From Lophium mytilinum (lineage: Eukaryota), in assembly GCA_010093605.1 (NCBI GenBank), contig MU004186.1:1778616-1842615 (forward strand): a DNA stretch of 64,000 nt. Reading direction: 5' to 3'. Positions 36,829 to 48,095 of this stretch are shown here, piece after piece. Each line of letters opens with the position of its first letter. Position 1 is the stretch's first letter. The notes under the pieces were generated by a model. That model made no database searches, was not told where the DNA came from, and was given only the letters and a program-made list of their open reading frames with translations. A program made the translations under genes and the position numbers.

Positions 36829-37637
36829 ATGTCTCTCCCTCGAACCGCACGGCCAATAAGCTCCGTCGCTACCTCATTCCTACATTTCGCCGCTCAAACC
36901 TCCGCCCCTCGACAATGCCCTCAATGCCTCCGCACATTCTCCTCTTTTAGGTCCTTCCGACAATCATCGAAAAGGCAACTGCAAACAGCAAGTGCCTACC
37001 ACCCATCCTCATTACAACCAGAGTCGCTACCACCCCGCAATTTGGGAGTTCCGGATACCTCCATCGCTGGGCGCCCATCCGAGGTTAGCCACGCTCGGCC
37101 ACCACAACCCACAGAGCAGCGATCAAGCGCGGGAATTGCGAATGTAGAGAGGACATCAAATTTCAGCCTTCCAGAGGGTGAGGCGCAGAAGAGTCAACCG
37201 ACGCAAACCCCCAAGCCAGCTGGAGCAAAACCGCGGCGGTATAATTTTGCGGCCCGGAAAGCGACGATAAAGATCTCGAAGACGGCTGTGTCACATCTCA
37301 AAGGGCTTTTAGACCAGCCAGAGCCAAAGCTTATTCGGATAGGGACGAAGGCGAAAGGTTGCTCCGGACTGGCGTACCACCTGGAATATGTGGATAAGCC
37401 CACGAAGCTTGATGAACAGGTGGATCAGGATGGAGTGAAGGTATTGATCGATAACAAGGCTCTGATCAATATCATTGGGAGTGAAATGGACTGGGTTGAG
37501 GATAAGCTCAGCGCAAGATTCGTTTTCAAAAACCCAAATATCAGTAAGCAGAATAGGGCTAGTAAACTACAGAGAGTAATGCTAACAACCGAATAGCTGA
37601 ACAGTGCGGTTGTGGGGAATCTTTTAGTGTCGGATAG
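36829..37637 (+). CDS. ISA1: Mitochondrial iron-sulfur cluster assembly protein, 2 exons
   Basis: Arg/Ser-rich presequence; KGCSGLAYHLEY, DGVKVLID, IIGSEMDW, FVFKNPNI|TEQCGCGESF (HesB/IscA Cys motifs). Confidence 0.92.
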
Positions 37638-37842
37638 ACTGGCGAGCACAGCCTAGTCTTTGTACAAACCTTACAATATGGCATTGCATGGCACGGCGTT
37701 CACGCATTGGCATCGGCATGAGCTTTGTTCTATCATTATTGGCCAACAGAGTCATGTTCAATGCATTCTTTTGATGCTGCGTAGAAGCAGGCGGAGATGA
37801 TTACTATTAGATTGCGAATGATACCCGTGATTCCTCTACAAA

Positions 37843-38288
37843 CTAGAACTTCCCCGGTTCAAAGTCGACGACTCTGACATTTTGAATGATTGGGCCGACG
37901 TCCTTCGTGAACTGCACGTGGCTTGGATCACTCTCCAAATAGTACTTCCGGTCTTCCTCATTTTCAAACTCGACGACGAAGCCGTGGCTGAAGCCTCCCT
38001 AAATATACACCGTTAGTATGGGGTTTTGGAGAGGCGGAATGATGGGGGTTGCAACTACTTGGTGTCCTTCAGGGCTGTTGTCCCTACCGCCTTTGACTGA
38101 TTTCACGTAGGGCTTTTTTGTGGTTGGGTGAATGCACTTCTCCCCAAGTGCTAGAAACTGCTCGCAAGTCTGTAACGCAGTCAGAGAAGCTCGCTGAGTG
38201 TAAATCTGGCGCTAAAACATACATGTTCTATCTGTGCATGAGTTGTGGTTGGCTTGAACTCGAAGAGTACGATGTGAATGATGCCCAT
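37843..38288 (-). CDS. Stress-responsive A/B barrel (Dabb) protein, 3 exons
   Basis: MGIIHIVLFEFK...CIHPTTKKPYVKSVKGGRDNSPEGHQ|GGFSHGFVVEFENEEDRKYYLESDPSH...VVDFEPGKF*. Confidence 0.88.
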
Positions 38289-38714
38289 GTTGTCCGATGA
38301 GATTCGCCCTGATGAGTGAAGCTGTGTGATAGTGATAAGAGATTGGAACTGCTTTCGAGGCGAGTTCGAAAGCAATATAAGGTTAGCAATTGATATGGCC
38401 TGATGGGCTGCTATGACGATTCATACGTTTAGCTTGCGGTAGGGTGCTTATATATCGAGGATCTAATCGCATGTGGAGCCGAGCTTTCCCCAGACTACAC
38501 GCGAGTAAGGTGAATGTTTCCACAGGGGTGGGTCGGCTCAACATCATTCATCCTCTGTACAATAATGGCCAGTGTGCTTGGTCACGACACAAGAAGCTTG
38601 CGATGCACAGTAACCGTGCTTATCCATCATCTAAAATCCTCCCCGTGCTGTAGGACCTCCAGGGCTACCACCATATTCTACCTCCGATCCTCGAACCACA
38701 GCACCTCCGTAACC

Positions 38715-39662
38715 ATGACCACTCCCCTCCCCGACCAGATCCTCTACCTAATAATCCGCTTCACGGCCTCTATACCCGACCTCCCGCTCAGCATCTCCTC
38801 GCCACGGACCCTCACAACCCTCTCCCTCAAGCGCCTCATCCGCACCCATCTCCCACCCGCTCACGCCTCAAGCCGCCTCCGCCTCATCTACGCCGGCAAG
38901 GTCCTCGCAGACACCGCGCCTTTATCCCTCTCGCTCCGTCTCCCACCGCCTCCACCTCCCCGCTCTACCGCCTACAATGACTCCTCCCAAAGCAAAGGCA
39001 AAGGCAAAGAGCCCGTCCGCGACCTCCCCCCCGACAACTCGCCTCGCCTCTACATCCACTGCTCCCTCGGCGACGCCCTCTCCCCCGGCGACCTCGCCGC
39101 CGAAGCCTCCTCCGCCCTAACATCCGAAACCTCTCTCGCGAAACAGCTCTCGAAAACCACAAAACACAGCGCGTCCGGCAGCACGAGCAGCGCGACGGGG
39201 GGAGGACGACGGGACAGCGCGGCCACGACAGCTGCGCCGCAGGGCTTCGACAGATTACTCTCGACCGGTTTTACGTCGACGGAGATTGCGAGCCTGCGCA
39301 GCCAGTTTTTGACGAATATCTCGTTTACCCACACGCCGGATAATATGCCATCGGGCGCGGCGTTGCGCGCGTTGGAGGATAGTTGGCTGGATTCGAGCGC
39401 GCATGAGGCGCCGGCGGGGGATGCGACGGCGGCGGCGGCGACGGCGACGGAGGGGGAGGCTGGGTGGGGGGCCGGGTTTGGGGTGGATGATGGGGGGCTG
39501 GATGATATGTTGTTTGGGTATTTGACGGGGTTCTTTTGGCCGCTGGCGGCTGGGGTGTGGGGGATGAGAGAGGAGGGGGTGTGGACGAGGAGGAGGCAGG
39601 TGGCGGTTGTCATGGGGGTGGTGTTGAATTGCGCGTTTGGGTTTCTGAGGTGGAGCTCATAG
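38715..39662 (+). CDS. DSC3: DSC E3 ubiquitin ligase complex subunit 3 (DUF2407 ubiquitin-like domain)
   Basis: IRFTASIPDL...RLRLIYAGKVL ubiquitin-like N-terminus, YIHCSLGD, PQGFDRLLSTGFT..EIASLRSQF, DDMLFGYLTGFFWPL and two C-terminal TM segments. Confidence 0.85.
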   Translation: MTTPLPDQILYLIIRFTASIPDLPLSISSPRTLTTLSLKRLIRTHLPPAHASSRLRLIYAGKVLADTAPLSLSLRLPPPPPPRSTAYNDSSQSKGKGKEPVRDLPPDNSPRLYIHCSLGDALSPGDLAAEASSALTSETSLAKQLSKTTKHSASGSTSSATGGGRRDSAATTAAPQGFDRLLSTGFTSTEIASLRSQFLTNISFTHTPDNMPSGAALRALEDSWLDSSAHEAPAGDATAAAATATEGEAGWGAGFGVDDGGLDDMLFGYLTGFFWPLAAGVWGMREEGVWTRRRQVAVVMGVVLNCAFGFLRWSS

Positions 39663-40118
39663 GGGAGAGTGGTGTTACAGGAGGGGTGGATTTAGTGAGT
39701 GTATGAAGGGTGAACAGTTCGGGAATGATATCTCTTCACTCATACCGTCTCCGTGCGAAACGGTTCATATCATTCCATGGTTTAATGCCGCTTGATCCGT
39801 TACTTTTGCTAACACTTTTAGAAACAAGATGGAGACGCTATACAGGTACACGGTGGACTTACGCAGCGGACTCCTGTCCACGTGGCGTCTATCAATTTGA
39901 GTTTAAACTAGTTCAATTCGTTACTTTTGTCCACGTCTGTACAGACGAAGTGATCAGTCTACGGAGACGTATCGTACGTATACCTAGCCAAAGATATGAC
40001 ACAGTCTACATCTTCGGTTGTATTAACAGTTGCTCACCCAAGTCCTGTTGTAATATATACATCTATTGCTGCTAATCCTCCCTCTATCTTCTTCTTTCTT
40101 TCCCCACCGATCCCTTCC

Positions 40119-42138
40119 TCAAAGCTCCACAGGCCACCTCCTCCTCACCCTCCCCCCATACCTAAAAAACACCAACGGAATCGGCGTCATCGCCAGCGTC
40201 AAGAACCCCAACACACTATTCCCCCACCCCAACCCCAACTTATCATACAGCGGCGGGCCCACGAGCGGCAAAAACGCTCCAAAAATACTCCGAAAGCACA
40301 CCAACGCCGCGACCGCACTCGCCGAAGTGCTCAAGAACGCATCGACCATGTACGTCTGGCACGGCAGGAAGATGCCGAGCAGCCCGAAGCCGAAGGGAAC
40401 GAAGGCGAGACAGGGCAGGATCCAGTGCGTGCGGTACTCGGCGCACCAGCCGTAGATGAAGAGGCCGAGGGGCATGAAGACGGCATAGTAGATGACGGAG
40501 GAGAGGCGCATTTCGGGCTCGAAGACGCCGTTGTTGGCGGCGCGGAGGCGGAGGACGGTGCGGTCGTTTGTGCGCATTATTGTGGCGATGTTGATCTAGG
40601 GGGGGTTAGGGTTGTGGAGGGAGTGGGGGCGGGGGAAAGGGGGGCTTACAAACATGCCCACACCGACTGTGAGGGTGTTAGCGGGGGAAAGATAAGACGT
40701 GTGGATTTATGGTGAGAAGGAGTACTTACGTCCTAAGTAGGCTAGCCCGGTCATTTGGATGGACCAGCCGTATGTTTGTTCGAAGACTATGGGGATAGTG
40801 GTAAAGAGGAGGTCCACAAGTAAATCAGTACAAGGTTAAGCATGGGTCGACGGGAAATGGGTACTCACATAAAGTTCCGTAACAGACTGCAACGTAAAAG
40901 CTGATTAGAAAGACGATTGGGGATCTGGTGAGGAACTGCGAATCACGCATTAGTTTGCGTTTTTCCGGAAGGTTACGGACGATAAATACCTTCATCGGCC
41001 GAACGATACTCTTCGCCAGCAATTCCCGACTGGACATCCTAATCTCAAGTTGCGAATGCATATCATCTCTTCCAAGCTCTTTTCTCAGCCGGTCCGTCTT
41101 CCGCTGCAAGATCGTTGCATGGTTCGACTCATCCATGAAGAACACCATCAGCAGATTGAACGGGCCACTCGCCATAATTAGGATCCAATACGCCTGGAAA
41201 CACATTAGCAGAAGCACGCTTTAGCAGGAGAGTGCTCGCATACCCATCGCCAACCTAATTGCTGCGATATAAAACCTCCCGCAATCGGTCCAACTATGAC
41301 CCATCAGCTTCAATCGCCCATACTCATTGATACTTCTACTCCTTACTTACCAATTGGTGCCAATGTCGGCGTTCCAATCACAATCGCGCTCGCCATCGCC
41401 CTCTTATGATACGGGAAGCAATCCCCCACAACCGCTGGCACAATCGTCATAACCGCGGACCCGCCAATTCCCGCTAGCAATCTCATAATAATCAAACTCG
41501 GCATGTTGGGTGCGAAGCTGCAGCCCAGCATAAAAGCGTTGAAGAAGATGCTCGAGATATTGACGACGATGACGCGGCCGTACATTTCAGAAAGGGGCGC
41601 GAGGAAGAGGGGTCCGATGGCGTAGCCGAGCACAAAGATGGAGATCATGAGGCTGCCGATGGTGTTGGAGGTGACGTTGAATTCTTTGAGCGTGAGGGAC
41701 GTGCCGGGGGCGCAGATGGAGGAGGACATCGGGCTGGAGGAGTATGGAAATTAGCAATCAGAAAGATTATAGATCTATGAGGCTTGGAAGCACTTACCTC
41801 AATGTCGACATGACGGCTACGAGGCCCATGAGGCGCCATCTTCTACCCCAGCTCCAATTTCTGCAGACTTCTGGTTAGAATGGGATGTTTTCGTACAGTA
41901 TTCGAGTATCATACAAAGGATTGGTAAGGTCATTCTCGTCGTCCCATCCCACTAAACCCTTGTCTAGGTCCATGTACAGTCCTCTACCTTCTTCCCCCGT
42001 CGTTACAGCCTCTTGCGCCGCAGCAGTCTTGTAGTCATCCGCATCCCCCACTCCCACAGCTATACCGTCCTTATCGACATGTCCCAGCGGCACACTCTTC
42101 TCTGAATCATACTCAGGCGCAACCTTATGATCTGACAT
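40119..42138 (-). CDS. MFS multidrug transporter, DHA1 family, about 9 exons (one intron lacks a canonical AG at the expected acceptor)
   Basis: VGWDDENDLTNPL|NWS, GYAIGPLFLAPLSEMYGR, RLLAGIGGS, GPIAGGFISQQLGWRW, PEMRL, YMVDAF..SASAVAA..RSIFGAFLPL, LYDKLGLGWGNSVLGF; 17-nt microexon 40666-40650. Confidence 0.88.
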
Positions 42139-43393
42139 TACGTGAATAAGCACACAAGAAGCGCGAGTACAATTATATGAGTGGCATAAGTAGAGCCAAA
42201 ATTACAGAAAGTGACAAAAGATTGAAAGCGGTAGGAGGGTCCAACCGCGGGGCCGGTTGAGTACTAAGACGATTTAACAACGCGGATCCGCGGCTCTTAG
42301 CGTCAGCGTCATGGGTTGGTTAGCTTCTGTAGTTGCTTCCCCAGAAATTAGACATCGCAACATTTGTGCGCTTTGCGGGGAATGGGAGGGTCGTTGGGCA
42401 TGGGGCTGATGCGGATATCAAAATCCGGTTACCCGGATGCGGCTAAGCAGGGGAATTAAGCACCACGGACGCTAACGTGTGGGGACTGTTGGCATTGGGT
42501 GGCTTGTGTTGGGTGCCGTATACCCGGGGAAGGGGTCGGAGGGTTTTGGTAAGGAGATATTCGGTAGAGATCGGAATTTATGTTGGAGAAAGTTTATGAC
42601 AGACGTGAAGTGTTCATGGCCCAGCTTAGGGCTGGTTTCTTTCTCTCATTGTGATACCATGTAGGCTAAGTATACTGTCTGCACCGTGGATATGCAATTG
42701 ATCGTAAAGCAAGAAAACAGGCAGCCCCAGCTAGCAAGTTCAGGAGTTTACCGGCTCATTCACCATTATACTCGTGAACCAACCATACGCCCGTTACCAA
42801 AGCTGCCACAAGGTAGAGAGTTGGATGAGAAAGAAACAGAAAAAGGACTCTCAGCAACACCGAGTTTGAAATGAAAAAGTTCGGATCAGTTTGTCACGCC
42901 CGATCCACACCATATCCAGAGCTCACATTAACAGCACCATCTTGGTGAAAGCCTTGCCCCTCACTATCACCACATGCTCCTTGCTTTAAGAAAACTATCT
43001 TCGGCAACATATCCCTCGTCAAGGGTCGGAGTCTTCGGACTCGGAAGTGAATCATCACTACTTCCTTAATCTTGGCTTAATTGTCTCAAAGGTGTAAAGT
43101 AATGTGGCCAGTCATTACTCGATGGTGTGCTAATGGTCGCCTTCGTTGTCGTCCACTCCGTTGTCGTCCACTCCGTTGTCGTCAAAAATGTCGTCGCGAA
43201 ATGAACTGTGGTCAAATTCTTGGTTAAATGAGTCGCCAAATTCCTGGAGGGATAATTGATCGTCTATATCGTGTTCTGGTCGATAGCGTTCATGTCAGCA
43301 TTGTCATCTTCCTTCTGAAGCGCGGTTTTGCGATGGTTCTCTGCTGTCCCCGAGGGTAATCCACCGGGTAACAGCAGGAGACGTGGTAACCTC

Positions 43394-44765
43394 CTACTCC
43401 AGGGTTACTTCACCTCTCGGCTCCTCTCGTTCTTCCTCTCTATTGCCTTCTCCTTCGACGTTATCTACGTCCATCTCTTCGTTCTCGGCGGCAGTCTCGG
43501 CGGCAGCCTCCGCGATCGGTTCTTGTCCCTGCTGTCCCTCATCCTCATCACCCTCGTCCTCTTCGGAGCTCTCGGAACTCTCGGAGCTCTCCTCTTCCTC
43601 TTCTTCTGGTTCTGCCTGAAAGTTACCCAGCTCGATATTGCGAGCTTCCATTGCCATCCTGTGCTCTTCCAACATATCAGCAGGCATCATTGGAAGTCCT
43701 TCGGCATCCAAACCGTCCGCATCGCGTCCTTCCGCATCAAAGCCGTTTTCGTCAAACCCGTCACGGTCGAAGCCGCCGCGATTTCTGCCGTTCGCGTCGC
43801 GTCCCTCTCTGTCGAAGCCTTGATCGTCAAACCCGGTTTCCCCGAAGCGGTCGTGGTCTATTTGCCCTGACCGAGTGAACCCATTGCGGTTGAGGCCTGT
43901 GTCTTTGTGGAATCCGTCCTTGAATGGTAATATCTGTTAGAACGTGTTCGGAAAAGACGTTCCCTAAACCCGTACGTACCTGATTGTATCCCTCGTCGTC
44001 GTATACAGGGTGGCCGTAGGACGGGCATTCATGATAGCCGTCCCAATTCTTACCGCAGATGTAGCAGAATTCGCGTCCGCATTCGCAGCTGTGCTCTGGT
44101 CAGTCTAGATCTATGAAGGGCGGAATTGCGAGCACAACCCTACTTACGAGATGTGGTTACAGGCCTCTGTTAACTCGATGACGAAGTTGCATTCTGTACA
44201 TCGTTGATACTTGTGCTCCTTGACCGCCTCCTGGAACTTGACTTCGGCCTCCGAGATCACGCAAGTGTGCGGTCCTTTGGAATCCATCAGCGTCGCGCAC
44301 TTAGTGCACGTGAGTTGGTTGCACGCATCGCAGAGCGCCGAGTCGGCCGGATCTTGCTTGTAGTTATCCGGGTGAATGAATTTGCCGCAGGTTTTGCTAC
44401 CGCAATAGGTGCGCGAACTAGAGCTCATAATCAGCAAAGATTCACAGAACGAGTATGGATGTGTGCGATCACGTTAATCCACACCATATTGAGGTATTTA
44501 CTCACCGAGCCAAAACACTGTACTCGCGCTCCTTCACCCTGTAGTCGAACACAAGCTCGAAGGGAAGATACTGCTCGAAGTCATCTACCAACAGAACGGA
44601 CTCTTCCAAGCCGCAGCACTGAGGGTGGTACTTGGATTCGTCTGTAAGTGCAAGACGAAACACTTGCTCGAGACACGCATCGCACATCGAGTGCTCGCCG
44701 CAACCAGTCTCCCGAAGAGGCGTCTCCTCTTTCTCCTCGTCTTCGCACACCACGCAGACAGCCAT
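43394..44765 (-). CDS. RBR (RING1-IBR-RING2) E3 ubiquitin ligase with a G-[FL]-D repeat and acidic tail; C-terminus uncertain (may extend to 43130)
   Basis: CVVC...CGEHSMCDACL...PQCC (RING1); TYCGSKTCGKFI...CDACNQLTCTKC...HTC (IBR); QRCTECNFVIELTEACNHISCECGREFCYICG (RING2, with the catalytic Cys in ACNH); three GT-AG introns. Confidence 0.85.
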
Positions 44766-45965
44766 CTTAGTGTGTCGTGGAAGTACTTAGATGGAGTAGA
44801 GTTATGTGGTGGTTCTATGGTGGGGTAAGGTTGAGGAGTGGTCCGGTGGAGGTGCAAGCTTGCTCGAAGGGGTAGATTTATACGCGACGGGCGGAAGTGG
44901 AAGCTTCTAGGAAGGTGCGCGAAGAGGTGAATTTATAGGCGACGGGCGTAAGGTGCGCGCCGCAGTCACGTGCGAGGCTTTGTAGGTTGAACGGTAACTG
45001 TGGTGTGTTAAGAGGTGGCCGTTTTAACTGCCTGCGGCCACGAGTGACCAGCAGAGTGAAGTTGGAGATCTCTCAGAGAGTCACTAGTCTACGTCAAGTA
45101 GACTCTTTGCGCTGCACACCTTGATTTCAAGGGATGAACGAGAACTCTACCAAGGTATGAACTAGGCTGAACAATATGCAGACAGAATAGATTGGGGGCT
45201 GAAATTTACCAGCCTGGAAATTATATGGCCGGAACTTGAAAATAGACGGGGAATGAGGTTCGAAGAAGAGGCCCAGAGATAGCGGGACCGGGGATCAATA
45301 TAAAGTGACAGACGCGGCCGAAGATGTGGGTGCTCAGACGTGCCCAGAAGGCAGACGCCCAAGGGTAGGCATCACTGCAGCCATCCGAGTCATAGCTCAC
45401 CGAGACTCGTCCCAACATGCCTAAGCCCGTCACATCTGCTTATGGCACTGGTTTCCTGAGGCAATATATGCACTAGGAACTTAAAGACATCCGGCTCGTA
45501 TGTTCTTTGATGCGTTGGTGTTGATCCCCTAAGGTCCAAGCCGGACGCCCCACATATCTCATGACTAATCATGTCACGTGTAAATCATCTGTGTTTGATC
45601 AAATCTGCATCTAATGCACTATGAATAAGATGATTATAAAGAAGTCAAGATAACGTCACTAAATGGTGGGTTTGCAGGAGCGGAGATTTGGTCTGTTCAG
45701 GAAAAGACACCCCACAGCTAACCCTCTTCTCTTCCTAGATGGTTGGATGGACTCTTTGAGAGGCTCCATTGCGTATAATTTGCTGTCACTAGAGCTGCAT
45801 TCATGATTGTCTAGCAAACGAGCACTACCTGATGCGGTCGTCCTTCTGTGCTGTCAGACTAGATGACCGCTAACTTCAACATCAAGATTAAGCACTATAG
45901 AATATGGACAACGGTCTAGACCTTGCGGACCTGGGTAATTTAAAAAATTCGCGATCTAAAACTGT

Positions 45966-47307
45966 TCACTTATATGCTATCCCACTGCAGCGGTTGCCGA
46001 GCCTGATATGCGACTCCAGCAAAGCCGTACTGGTTTCACGGCCGTCTACTCTTTCTATGTCCCGACCGCCACATTTCCACGCGAAATCTGATCCAATGTT
46101 GAGAATGCAGCCAATTCTAGCACTCTCAATTGGACTCGCCGATACCCTGTCAAGGATCATATCCTGCAGCTCAACCGGAAGATAGCGAATAGGAGTCGCG
46201 GGAAGACTCTTCTGTGTAGCCTGAAGAATTAAGTCGATGGCTTCCTCGGAAGGCGGGTTCGTGCCGTCAAAAAGACGCCCGGTTTTGCTGCATCTTTCAG
46301 AATCGCTATTAATCCGACACAGGATGACCTCCTGCACCGACACTAACAGGTATGTGAAGTTTCTGTCAGATGCTCCTGCAGAATCTCCGTCAGCGGGCCA
46401 TAGACTTCGTTTCGCGGCTCGTGCAGAATCTTGGTTAACGGGCGATAAACTTCGTTTCGCGAAGTCATCTCGCATAAGGGTGATGGCATGTGGAACCTGA
46501 TGGCATATGACAATAGATGCCCCATCAACCCGGACAATCTCTCCGCTCAATGGTTTCCACTCTGGAAGATTATGTATCCAGACCGGGGAACTACCAATGC
46601 CCTGCCGTGTGAGCGGTACTTCTTTAACATCGAAGTCCAGGGTCGCAATCTTGATAATTGCACAGGCAAGCCTTTGAAATGTTCTACTATTGTAACGAGC
46701 GGAAAGGATGTGCCTCCATTGGTATGCGAAGTCGGCGAGTAATCTGCCAACGAAAGATTTCTGCCGATTCAGAAGCTGCAGGTCTAGATCCCTACGAGTC
46801 ATTTTCCAGGATCGTCTTACCAAGATTGACCGGAAAGCATACTGTGGGATGTCCGGAGGCTCGTACGGCGCAAAATCGGAAACGGTTATGGCACGCTGGC
46901 GAACAAGGCTGAGAGGGACCGACCGGTTATAATCCTTCTTATCGAATCGTAGGACATCGGCATCAAGGTCAAAGGTCCAGACTGTCCCAACACGACTGCA
47001 TCGGCCATCGAGGAAGGGATTCACGACGTCATCTTGTTGATGCCAGTCGTGGGATACTTCGTTGTACAAGACAAGAAAGGTAGAAACTGAGCCTATAAGT
47101 ATTTCTGTCAACTGCTTAAAGGACAGTGTCATCTACCTTTTGCTACGCCTACGAGCATGCGTGAGAATAATCGTATCATGTTATCGTCTTCGGTAGAACG
47201 ACTTGCAAAGTAGACAGTCCCTGCATCGAACAAAGGTTAAAGCAGAGCAATGGAATATGCTTCAAAAGCAACATACCCTGTAAGGTAACATTGATGTATG
47301 CTGACAT
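45966..47307 (-). CDS. Hypothetical protein with a C-terminal F-box-like segment, 3 exons
   Basis: MSAYINVTLQG|TVYFAS...VAK|GSVSTFLVLY... splices in frame onto the 388-aa ORF; IRYLPVELQDMILDRV lies near the C-terminus. Confidence 0.7.
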
Positions 47308-48095
47308 GCTGAAAATTGGAATTCTGGGTGTGCCGCAATCGCTTAATGTCAATCAGCGAAGCTGTACCTAGAGGCATGGCAGGTGTCGGACGCAGAGAGC
47401 AAGCAAGGAGTTATGGAGGTGAGCAAGAGAGAGGACTGTTCTCTTACTGAGGATGTAGCAAGCGAGGAGAAAGCTTCCACCTGGGCGCAGACGAAGTCAT
47501 AATTAGGCACGTTGCGCGCGGATTTCTACTGTAGAGCTTCCGGAATTACCGCTATAGCACTGTGAGCATAGAGATGCTTGGTTTGATGTCGTCGTGTGAA
47601 AAGATTAAAGGTGGAGTAAGCGCTAGGAAACTTATGTTTGAAATTAGCCCTGTCCGAGGTCGGCCTAGCGAGTTCATCCATGTCTTCCCTCGCTATTCTC
47701 AGTTCTCGCCTTCAATATACATGGTCCACAAACTGAGGGTTCTGCTGTAGCTCTCGGTGTGATACAGTTCAACTCAGAGTTTCTATAATTTGTGGGAAAT
47801 TAATGGTCTTTCTCGACATTGAGCTGTAGTTTCCACATTGTATATTGTTTTTAGATGATATTTGGTGCTAATCTTTCGATGCCCTTCATTATGTATTTAT
47901 CTGTATTTTAATGCGAAATCATGGTTCATGTCTACCACCTCGTGTCTCGATGTTGTGCCAATGTCGTGGGCGTGAAGCCAAGATTCAAACCTACTACTCC
48001 GCGTGTTGGGTATCAATTTCTCAGACTACCTGCCATACTTACGCCAGACGCACTCACTCAAAACGCCTTGCTTTGGACTAAAACCCAAGAAATGC

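Noticed and set aside
37543..37596. SKL in the intron-retained ISA1 frame as a cryptic PTS1
   Set aside because: SKL is not terminal (followed by QRVMLTTE) and retention removes the CGC motif.
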